A stretch of 64,000 nt of DNA from Corallochytrium limacisporum Hawaii (Eukaryota; Protista; Pluriformea): positions 62,001-126,000 of the forward strand of contig PDIP01000017.1 in the NCBI GenBank assembly GCA_002811645.1, read 5' to 3'. The position numbers and the translations under genes are program-made. Of this stretch, positions 20,084 to 28,809 are shown one piece after another; the first letter of the stretch is position 1, and the number at the start of each line of letters is the position of its first letter. Under the pieces are notes generated by a model. It worked only from the letters and a program-made list of their open reading frames with translations. It did no database searches and was not told the origin of the DNA.

Positions 20084-21637
20084 TCACAGTTCCGCAACAT
20101 AGTTGCCACTGTCAGGCACCATCCACCTCATGATGCCTGTAGAATAGGTATCGTTTTCATCAAAGGTACCCAGGACACGCCAGTAGCACATATCGCAACC
20201 GCATCGCATGTCAATGTGATTGATGACGCAGGGGACTGAGCATGCTTGCACCTCAATCCATATTTGTGTGCGTGGTGGCTCGTACTGCCCATCCTCAGCC
20301 GCCACAATGTGAGACGTGCGTACAGATACAGGAGAATAGATGACATACCGACCACTTTTTCCCGCTGGATAGAAATTCTGGCAAACATCACAACAGAATG
20401 CTGGAATCATGTTTTTGGTTAACTCGTCAAGGTCAATGTCAATGGGCTCCTGAGTTCCATTCTTACATTTGCCCAGTTGCAAGCTCATCAACGACCCTAG
20501 GCACAAGGATAATAATGACGGCATTGGCCGGCGCCATGAGGTTACTAGTCTGCGATGCTCTGCTACAAAGGCCTCTGTAGAGATCCGGCGTCGTCCACGA
20601 CGATGCTTCGGTTCGCTCCTCTGGGGAAAGGCAAAGCGCTGCAGAGATCTCAACCCCATGAAATGCACTGGCAGTTCCTGTAGCTCGTGATTGAATCTCA
20701 GATCAATGTACTCGATGCGTGGGCAGAGAAAGAAGCCATTAAGTGGTATAGAGCGAATATCGTTTTCGCTCAAATCCACTGCAGTCACCATTGGCCACTC
20801 AATTTCCTTCAGCTGATCTGCGGAGAGCTTTGCCGGCTTCAGCATTTCTGCATACATGTCTCGTACCATTCTGATGAGGACGCTTGGTTGACACATGTGG
20901 GTCGGCCAGTCCTTCAGCCCGAGTCCATTCAGCCGCAAGATGTTGCTTCCTCGTATCAAGGTCGCTTCGCATCGGTCAATCGCCTGGATATGTGGATTTC
21001 GCAGCAAATTTCTCCCGCAGATCTTCGTATTCGATTCCAAATGTTCATCTAGTGATGTACATGGCACTGATGAGTCATGTGAACGCGCTTTACCCTTGTC
21101 AGTCGAGCTTACGGACTGCTGCCGTTGTCTCAGCTGCTCCAAGTCTTTCAGTATAGCAGTGTCGTACTGTGGACTGATTTTGGCATAGTACGACCGAATG
21201 ATATCTGATAGTTCCTCTGACCCTGTGTCTCGAAGTTCTCGTGCCAAAACAATTAATGCTTTCGCTTGATCGGCCGCCAGTTGCCGTCTTGCAGTTCGAT
21301 CATTGGCTCCAGGGGTTGCGTAGAGCAGGCTACGCACATCGTGCAAAAAGCGCTCGAATGCACAGGCAACAAACGGCCGGTCTCTTCCACTCTTTGATTT
21401 GTATTCTTTAGTGGCAAATCTTAACTCTCTGAGGCATGCCATCCAATCGCCATCTATTCCACTGGCCCGGCTGACCTCACATGCCTTCAAGAATTTATCG
21501 AATGCACGACCACCTGGTGTGATGCGTTCCGGTGGCAGCATTGATGGGAGGTGGATTTCTTCATCTTCGCTTTCGCTACTGGTAGTATCCCATGCTGTAG
21601 CCGCGGCAGCGGCGAAAAAACGACCGAAGCGACCCAT
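20084..21637 (-). CDS. eIF3c-N-terminal-domain / LRR / BC-box / Cys-rich chimeric protein
   Basis: aa 1-150 resemble the eIF3c N-terminus (RFF + SSESEDEE; DWMACLRE; QAKALIVL). LRRs: LRLNGLGLKDWP, VDLSENDIRSIP, IDLRFNHELQELP. BC-box PSLLSLCLGSL. Cys/His cluster CxxC...CSxxC...H...CxCxxC. Confidence 0.8.
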   Translation of the reverse strand: MGRFGRFFAAAAATAWDTTSSESEDEEIHLPSMLPPERITPGGRAFDKFLKACEVSRASGIDGDWMACLRELRFATKEYKSKSGRDRPFVACAFERFLHDVRSLLYATPGANDRTARRQLAADQAKALIVLARELRDTGSEELSDIIRSYYAKISPQYDTAILKDLEQLRQRQQSVSSTDKGKARSHDSSVPCTSLDEHLESNTKICGRNLLRNPHIQAIDRCEATLIRGSNILRLNGLGLKDWPTHMCQPSVLIRMVRDMYAEMLKPAKLSADQLKEIEWPMVTAVDLSENDIRSIPLNGFFLCPRIEYIDLRFNHELQELPVHFMGLRSLQRFAFPQRSEPKHRRGRRRISTEAFVAEHRRLVTSWRRPMPSLLSLCLGSLMSLQLGKCKNGTQEPIDIDLDELTKNMIPAFCCDVCQNFYPAGKSGRYVIYSPVSVRTSHIVAAEDGQYEPPRTQIWIEVQACSVPCVINHIDMRCGCDMCYWRVLGTFDENDTYSTGIMRWMVPDSGNYVAEL

Positions 21638-22144
21638 TCTGGCTTCCTCGGGCCCTCTCCTCCGCTATGGCTTTCCGTTGCCTATCACTTGCATGTCTGG
21701 ATCATATTGCCTTAGCCATACCGTATTCTTGCCAGGACTCTATGTCCATGGTCTGCGCCACATGACCGAACCATAGTTTCACCGTTCATCCACTCAAGTA
21801 GCCCTGCAGGTATCTGTTAGTGTTCAGAGTGAGGCTAGCGAATGGTGACGGCTCCTCTCGCAGCGACTGCCTGTGCGCCGACGTTGCAGTGCAAGTGGTA
21901 CCCCGCCGGCCGGCCCGAGGGGGCGGGTCTCTGAACATCGGCGGCCTGCTCACTCAGGTCAAAAAGTGCAGTCGGCGACTTTCTCTAACGACCGAATCCA
22001 AACCTTTTCCCAAAACTCCCCCGCCCCCCGGGGGGGGGGGGGCCTCAGCCGTTAGTGAAAGTTGTGTCTTTTTTGTAGCTCGTAATTGCGCCGCCAGGCA
22101 TCTACGCCACTGTTTGTGTTTAAGCTACTTCGCGATGGAGTGCT

Positions 22145-22813
22145 ATGCTGCGCACTGCGCACGGTAATAAAATCATCAGTCATAGACTAACCATTGTATA
22201 CTCAGCGTCTGTAGCAGGATTGTCAGTCATGTCGACATCACTCTTGGCCCGGATGCCGGCACGCATCTTCCAGTCTGGAGCTGTGGTGCACAGGACAGGG
22301 GCACTGCGACGCCCTTGTCCCGTGGCACAACGCAGCGTGTACATGTGGATTGAGTATATATTCAATAGAGTAGACTACGCACGCATTAAAGAGGTGGGTC
22401 CAGACCGGGCCTGCCTGGAGTACATTCTGCGGCAGGAGGGGAGATTCAAAGTCAGAGGACACCCGAACTGGATCGACCACGAAAGGGATGTACCTGTGGG
22501 TAAGGTTACATTGACAGACGTTGATATGTCTGGAAGGAATTGTACATCGAACGGGGTCCGTTACTTCCATGGCTGCGACGAACTTGCAAACATTAGCTTC
22601 CGTCGCTGCCCATATTTTGACGATGCAGCCGTGAAGAACATTAGCGATGTGTACGCACTGAGGACCCTGGACATGGGCGAGTGCCCCCTGATCACCAAGG
22701 TATGCCTTGAGCACTTAGAGAAGATGCAGTGGGTCGAAAGGATTAATCTGGATGGGACGAAAATTACAGCCGAGGACTTGAGCCGTGATCTATCCCAAAG
22801 AATACAATTGTAA
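22145..22813 (+). CDS. DMAC2L: ATP synthase subunit s / factor B
   Basis: WIEYIFNRVDYARIKEVGPDRACLEYILR matches the factor B signature, followed by LRRs. Alternative start ATG at 22229. Confidence 0.88.
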   Translation: MLRTAHGNKIISHRLTIVYSASVAGLSVMSTSLLARMPARIFQSGAVVHRTGALRRPCPVAQRSVYMWIEYIFNRVDYARIKEVGPDRACLEYILRQEGRFKVRGHPNWIDHERDVPVGKVTLTDVDMSGRNCTSNGVRYFHGCDELANISFRRCPYFDDAAVKNISDVYALRTLDMGECPLITKVCLEHLEKMQWVERINLDGTKITAEDLSRDLSQRIQL

Positions 22814-22849
22814 GTAAAGCATCACTATATTTCTGTAATATATCAGTCG

Positions 22850-25800
22850 CTACAGAACGGAAGCGCGGGTGTTGTCCTTGAAAAGAGTCATGACCTCCTC
22901 CATCGCAGTGGCCGCTTGTGGCCGAGCTGACTCAGAGGGGAAATGCTTCAGATGGCCCCACAACACATGATCTCGAGGCAGCGCTTGGACGATGTTGGCA
23001 ATTTCTTCCAGGCGGATCACTCCCGCGCCGCTCAGCAAACGGAACTTCATGTAGTACAGGAAGTTGACAACGGTTGCAGTGCTGTGTGTCAAGCGCCCCG
23101 GTGCGTTCTGACTAGAGAGGTGGTGGATTCGACCCTGGCAAAGCAAGCGCAAGAGCGAGACGATCAGAATCTCCGCAGATTCGCCGCCTCCCATGGAGAC
23201 GAGGCAGGGACCAATCATACGGCAAAGGAACAAAATATGGTCAACGCTAATGTCCACCTCAAGTAAGCTCTGGAGCAAGCCATTGATGGACGATAGCTCT
23301 TCTTTTAGACAGGTGAAGAGGTACGCTTGCGTAAAGAAGAGCCATTGAGCCGTATCTGTCACAAGATTGGTTCGCCACGCCTGTGCCCACGGCGTCAGAA
23401 TGGCTGTAGCTTCTATGGAAATGTGTGATCCATCGAAGCCCATCTGTGGCCCGCTCTCCGTGTACAGGCCTCGACAAAGCAAGAAGTCTTGCAGCTGGGT
23501 CCACAGGCGATTCCGCCAAGTACGAGGCAGGCTGCGAAGAAGGATGGCGCAAGCCTGCAGGGCTTCTGCCGTCTCGGTGGGATGGGAGAAAGCTTTGTGG
23601 ATTAGTAACGACACGGCTCGTTCCTCTGCTTCAGCTTCGTTCTCGAGCACGGTTGTGGGCGTGGATGCCATGATCTCACATAGACACAGTCCAAGGGTCT
23701 GATCGAGGTAATGGAGCTCCGAGGTGGGTACACCATACGAGGTATCCGGCTGACCATCAACCAAAGGGGTGAAGAACTTTCCAAGAGATGTGATAGCCTC
23801 CTCAATGATGGCTTCATGTGCAGCGCTTTCTTCCAAATCTCCGCTAATCAATTTCTGCATAGGTGCACTCAACAGCTCTTTGTCAAGCAACTTCAAAAGG
23901 CTGTACGGCTTTCGCGCACCCTCAACGGCTTCTTCACTCTTACCTTCGCCATCCGTCTTTTGTCCACTGAGTATCGAACTGTTTCTGTATAGAGTGATAA
24001 TGGCACGCAAGGAGCGGACACCGTTGGCATGGTACCGCCACAAGCCATCGTAATTGCTGAGAATCAAATCCAAGGTAGTTGCATCCTCCTCCTCAATACA
24101 GCGCATCACACCATAGTCCAGGATGGGGAGGCAGTCATGTATATCACTCGCAAAGTATCTGATGACCCGATGCTCCTGTTTAGTTTGTTCCGTATCTTCT
24201 AGTTCAGAAAGGACCTGGTTATTCGCAAACATCCAGTACACATCAGCTCCCGGGGTAGGTGTTCCAGTTGCCGTCTTTCCGCCTGCCATGGTGTCCAACC
24301 AGACCTTGTAGAGAGCTCGGAATGTCGATTCATCGCCACAAAGAATGTCCACGAATCTGAAGGCGAGGTAGCGATCGTTGCTTTCCCGGTTCCCGCTAAG
24401 CAAATGGAAAAGCATAAGATGGAACGGGATGATCTTATGCTTCCACACCAGATCACTGAGAATCGTTGCAGCAATGTCAAGATCACCTTGATTATTGGTG
24501 CGCAGCACATCCTTCAGCACAAAAGTGATCAGGGACGCAATGTTAGTACCATAGGTTTCAAGACTAAAACTTGCCAACACCTCGTGGACAATGGCGTCTT
24601 TGATGGAGAAGTCCGTCGCCTGGGCTGCTTGCCGCATAATGACAAACACAACGCACAGGAAATATGACTTCCGACTGTCTTCTTCGTAGTGCTTGACTAA
24701 CTTCTGGGTGACTGTGGGGTCGCCGTCGTCTCCCATGAGCAGAATATTGTTCGGATTGTTCTCGTCGTCGTTAATCTCGGCCGCAAACATGTCAATATTG
24801 ACATCCTTCACGGTCTGAGGACCAGATTCTGACTGGCTGTCCAATTCGTTTAGCAGTTCGATCATTTCCCTTGGCATATGCTGACGCGTTTTTTGACTGA
24901 TACCGTCTTCAATCTTCAGATACACTTGGCGTATAAGTTCCAGGGAATGAATACTGACACTTTGCTCAGGCAAGTCCCCAGGAAGTTGCTCTTCCAGTGC
25001 AAGGACCTTCATGACCGCGTACATGATGAGGGTCCTTGACATGCTGAACTGGCTGGGGTTGAGAGTCAGGATTTCAGGAGAAGGCAAGCCCTGAGGAGAA
25101 GCCGAGCTCAGCATGTGGCAAACGGAGGTTGCAATTTTGATCTTTGCGTGCATCCAGTCGACCTTGGTTTGCAGATTCATTGCAGAGTTCAGTACTTTCT
25201 GCAAACACTCGTGTCTTTCAAGTTCCGGAATCTCCAAGACAGCAAGACTTTCTAGATACGCGGTTGCAGACTGAATGAGAGTGGTCTTCAATACCTCATT
25301 CTTGGTATTTACAGCACTGGCAAGATTTTGAGACAGCGTGTTTAGGAAATCAGCAAAAATGTTCCGCACCGAACTGGAACCACGTTTGTCGTGAGCAGCG
25401 GTCAAAACTTGGCACACAGCATTCGGCAAAGCATGCATGATACGGCTAATCGTTAAGAACGCATAAGGACAGGCAGTGCTACGGTCATCCTTGTTTGCAT
25501 TTGGTAGTAAATGGCCCTTCTGCATTGCATTCGTGAGCTCATTGAAGATCAGCAACCGGCATGGAATACTAAGGTAGTCGATGCGATTCAACAGCATAGC
25601 CCCTGTGGCAGCATCTGCAGGGCCAATAGTCTTGTATCCGTTGGCCAGCACACCCTCGCGAAGTTCCACCTTGGGGGCCGTCGCAGGGTTCTTTGGCTGG
25701 ACGAGAACGGACGTTATGCTGGTACTCACATTCTTTGGGGCGGCATGGCTGTACGCTGCAAGCTTCACAAAGTTCGCTTCGTCAAGAGTGCCGTTAAGAA

Positions 25801-27454
25801 AGTCCTTCCCGATGGTATCTTTGCTCTCATTGAACCATTGCTCCGCGCTCTGATAGTACGAGGCGGCTTGTTGAAGCCTCTCTCCGTAGATTAAACCAAC
25901 CCCAGGGTCGTTGGCTCCGCCCGCCACCTTCGCAACGATACCAGTATTTGCAAGAATAGATCCCAAGACGGATGCCTTAATCAGCTCAAAGTCATCATCC
26001 AACTGACCTGCCGCGTCTTCCGCGAGGGAGTCAACCACGTATACACCTGGTGCGTCTTGATGCTCCTCTGGAATTGATGATGAAATGGTGCGAACATGGA
26101 AAGTCTTCTTCATGCGACTGATGCTACACACCTGTGCCAAAATCCAAATCATGGAGTTTGTGCGGACCTGATCCCCGCCCAACTGATGCAGGCGACTTAG
26201 ATTGATCAACAATGACCGTGAGTTGACAATACCAAGGCTGATCAGAGTATAAGTGATGTCTGCAAGAAACTGAAGATGACGATGCATCTTATACGTTGCC
26301 ACATTTCCGGTTCGTCGTAGGTCCGCTTCCTCGACAACGAAGTCTCGGAGGGCCGCTGCCAATGTGTTGTCGGCCGCAGGTAGGTGCCGGTAGATTGCAT
26401 TGAAGCGGAAACGAGGATCGGTCGCGCTGTCACCGGATTGTCCCTTTTCAGTCAAAGCAGATGTTAACATCAAATTGATGATACCCGAAACTGGCTTTTG
26501 CTGTCGAAAGAAGCTTCCCATGACCTGCGCGAAATTCACCCGATCGTTCAATCGCCGTAACGTAGGAATACTGGTAAGAATTTGATTCAGAATGGGAGAC
26601 GTGTTCTCGTCGAAAGCCCATAGTCTGAGGTCACTAACACCGAGTACCGGGGCAATGGATCCCAGCTCAGGAATAAGCAACGCATCCAACTTTGCGATCT
26701 GTGTTTCCAAGGCTCGTGCTTTAGTGGAAAAATAGGGGTGCACATCCGTTGCTCTGACCACAGTCGAAACAATCTTACGCAGCTCTGAATGCAAGAAGTA
26801 AGGAGGAATCAAGGGGTTGAATGGATCAAGGATGTGGTCTAGCATGTTAGCTACCAAATTCAAAACCTCGAAGTCCTGAACATTCTCACTTTGCTTTCCT
26901 TCTAGGTGTTTGTGTACCTGTTTGAAGAATGCGTCAACTGCGAGCCAGCACGCCTTATAACTGCACTGTGGCAGGCATTCGATGATGAACTTGGCCAAGT
27001 CCAGGTCCCGCGGTCCCCGGAAAAGTTCAAAATTGCGCAGCAGTCGGCGGACCATGAGATCGACGTCAAGCAGTCCGCGCTGTGCCAAAGCTGCCAATAA
27101 AGACCGGCAAAAAATAGTGGATTGGCCTCTAGCGGAGAAATCCTCTTCTTGCAGTGAGAGAAGAATCAGTTCAACCATGACCTCCCGGGCATAGTCTTCC
27201 CTTCCAGCCATATAGTCCTGAACAGCCTGTTCATAGATTTCAATAACCCGGCCAACATTCATGGCAGTATCATCGCCGTGACTATCAAAGAGCGCTCTTC
27301 CGACACCCCGTTCGAGTATATTACACCCTTGCATAATTTCGCGACGCATGAGCACGCTAAACTGTGTTTCTGCGTTTCCTGACGTGGTTGTCCCATTGAC
27401 CTGTGGTACGTCTGTACCACTGATCTTGGCCCGTTTGCGAACCTGTGACGACAT
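22850..27454 (-). CDS. MED23: Mediator complex subunit 23
   Basis: About 1530-aa helical protein with MED23-like blocks in the expected order: YKAC, LIPPYFLHSEL, MIWILAQ, YF...LPILDYGVMRCIE, YDGLWRYH, NFLYYMKF. Confidence 0.85.
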   Translation of the reverse strand: MSSQVRKRAKISGTDVPQVNGTTTSGNAETQFSVLMRREIMQGCNILERGVGRALFDSHGDDTAMNVGRVIEIYEQAVQDYMAGREDYAREVMVELILLSLQEEDFSARGQSTIFCRSLLAALAQRGLLDVDLMVRRLLRNFELFRGPRDLDLAKFIIECLPQCSYKACWLAVDAFFKQVHKHLEGKQSENVQDFEVLNLVANMLDHILDPFNPLIPPYFLHSELRKIVSTVVRATDVHPYFSTKARALETQIAKLDALLIPELGSIAPVLGVSDLRLWAFDENTSPILNQILTSIPTLRRLNDRVNFAQVMGSFFRQQKPVSGIINLMLTSALTEKGQSGDSATDPRFRFNAIYRHLPAADNTLAAALRDFVVEEADLRRTGNVATYKMHRHLQFLADITYTLISLGIVNSRSLLINLSRLHQLGGDQVRTNSMIWILAQVCSISRMKKTFHVRTISSSIPEEHQDAPGVYVVDSLAEDAAGQLDDDFELIKASVLGSILANTGIVAKVAGGANDPGVGLIYGERLQQAASYYQSAEQWFNESKDTIGKDFLNGTLDEANFVKLAAYSHAAPKNVSTSITSVLVQPKNPATAPKVELREGVLANGYKTIGPADAATGAMLLNRIDYLSIPCRLLIFNELTNAMQKGHLLPNANKDDRSTACPYAFLTISRIMHALPNAVCQVLTAAHDKRGSSSVRNIFADFLNTLSQNLASAVNTKNEVLKTTLIQSATAYLESLAVLEIPELERHECLQKVLNSAMNLQTKVDWMHAKIKIATSVCHMLSSASPQGLPSPEILTLNPSQFSMSRTLIMYAVMKVLALEEQLPGDLPEQSVSIHSLELIRQVYLKIEDGISQKTRQHMPREMIELLNELDSQSESGPQTVKDVNIDMFAAEINDDENNPNNILLMGDDGDPTVTQKLVKHYEEDSRKSYFLCVVFVIMRQAAQATDFSIKDAIVHEVLASFSLETYGTNIASLITFVLKDVLRTNNQGDLDIAATILSDLVWKHKIIPFHLMLFHLLSGNRESNDRYLAFRFVDILCGDESTFRALYKVWLDTMAGGKTATGTPTPGADVYWMFANNQVLSELEDTEQTKQEHRVIRYFASDIHDCLPILDYGVMRCIEEEDATTLDLILSNYDGLWRYHANGVRSLRAIITLYRNSSILSGQKTDGEGKSEEAVEGARKPYSLLKLLDKELLSAPMQKLISGDLEESAAHEAIIEEAITSLGKFFTPLVDGQPDTSYGVPTSELHYLDQTLGLCLCEIMASTPTTVLENEAEAEERAVSLLIHKAFSHPTETAEALQACAILLRSLPRTWRNRLWTQLQDFLLCRGLYTESGPQMGFDGSHISIEATAILTPWAQAWRTNLVTDTAQWLFFTQAYLFTCLKEELSSINGLLQSLLEVDISVDHILFLCRMIGPCLVSMGGGESAEILIVSLLRLLCQGRIHHLSSQNAPGRLTHSTATVVNFLYYMKFRLLSGAGVIRLEEIANIVQALPRDHVLWGHLKHFPSESARPQAATAMEEVMTLFKDNTRASVL

Positions 27455-27963
27455 GTTTTCGGGGTGATGGTTATGTGTATTTCTTGCCTTGCACCTACAT
27501 GGTTTCACTATTCATTCACTATGAATTGGTCCCTCATATACTATGAATCATACCTTCAGGTCGCTGAGAAAACTTGGATGCTATAAAATACTAACGACCA
27601 CGATCAGTACCGTAAAATACGTTATATTGGATTCATTGCCGTAATTGAATTCGTTGCCGTCGCTGGTCGGATGGTTCCCCTTCGCAGGGGGCGGGACACA
27701 CTCCCAATCGCCCTCGTCCGAAGCAGGGACCGCTTTTACCGCCCGTCCGCGCACCGCAATATATAACCAAAAACCAACAACACCGGAAGGGCCGCGCTTT
27801 CCCAATTGTAAGAGTACCAGGCGGTGGGGAGAAGAGGCGGGAAAAACATCTGAGCCAGAGCTGATCTGAATTAATCAATTACATATAGATATAATCAATA
27901 TTTTCATGGCCCGCCACACTGAGCAGGAGGAAACTTGAACGATGGGATGAAGTTTTGATACAA

Positions 27964-28809
27964 TCAGGCGTTCCAGACTACGGACGGCAGGATGTCATTC
28001 TCCTTTTCTCGCTTGATGAAGGCTTCGTTGTCCCAAGTGGAGTCAATCTCACCACCAAAGTCAGATTCCAGCTGACTGGGGTCGATCCACTGGGTGAGCT
28101 GCTCGAATACCTTGCCTTTCTTACCGCTGACAAATACAGCTTTCTCCGCAGTGCGCTTCGCCAGGAAGACTTTAATCATTCGGAAGAAAGTGTGGAATAA
28201 CCAAGGTGCATTTATAAGATATGCACGATGTAGTCGTTCAGGGTAGTAGGTGCCCAGCACCTTTGCAACATTTCTTGCATCCGTAAGACCACCACCGCCT
28301 CCGCTATGCCAGTCCTGCATATCGATAATCCAGTTTACCTGATAGAGTTGTTGGTCTGATCCTGGTGCAATAGATTTCAAAGCCTTTTCCATGGTATAAA
28401 TTACCAATGCCATTTTCCCGTCCGTATCTGTTGAGTCATCCAAGCGAGGACGCATATACACACAGGGCCTTCCCTGGCGGTCGAATCCCAACCGATACTG
28501 CTTCCCTGACTGGGCATGGTGAATGACGTCTTCGACTTTTATATCATGTGGCTTGTAACTCTGTTGCCAGCGAGCAGCCTCAATGGCTTGTCCAAGTGCG
28601 TGTTTGGCGTCACCATCATTAGCGATGAGGAACCTTGCTAAATGATTCCTGTCCCGTAGCCAACTGTTTTCGTCATAAAGTTTCTCCTTCTTTAGCTCTT
28701 CATTGTGGTCAAGAAGAGAAATCAGGTGCTCCAATTCCTTATCAGAATAAAGTTTATCATTGTGGGGCCATTTCACCTCCGTTGTGTGTTCTGATTCGGA
28801 GGCGGGCAT
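27964..28809 (-). CDS. CRAL-TRIO (Sec14/Pdr16-like) lipid-binding protein
   Basis: LARFLIA, GFDRQGRPCVYMRP, YYPERL, INAPWLF. Confidence 0.95.
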   Translation of the reverse strand: MPASESEHTTEVKWPHNDKLYSDKELEHLISLLDHNEELKKEKLYDENSWLRDRNHLARFLIANDGDAKHALGQAIEAARWQQSYKPHDIKVEDVIHHAQSGKQYRLGFDRQGRPCVYMRPRLDDSTDTDGKMALVIYTMEKALKSIAPGSDQQLYQVNWIIDMQDWHSGGGGGLTDARNVAKVLGTYYPERLHRAYLINAPWLFHTFFRMIKVFLAKRTAEKAVFVSGKKGKVFEQLTQWIDPSQLESDFGGEIDSTWDNEAFIKREKENDILPSVVWNA

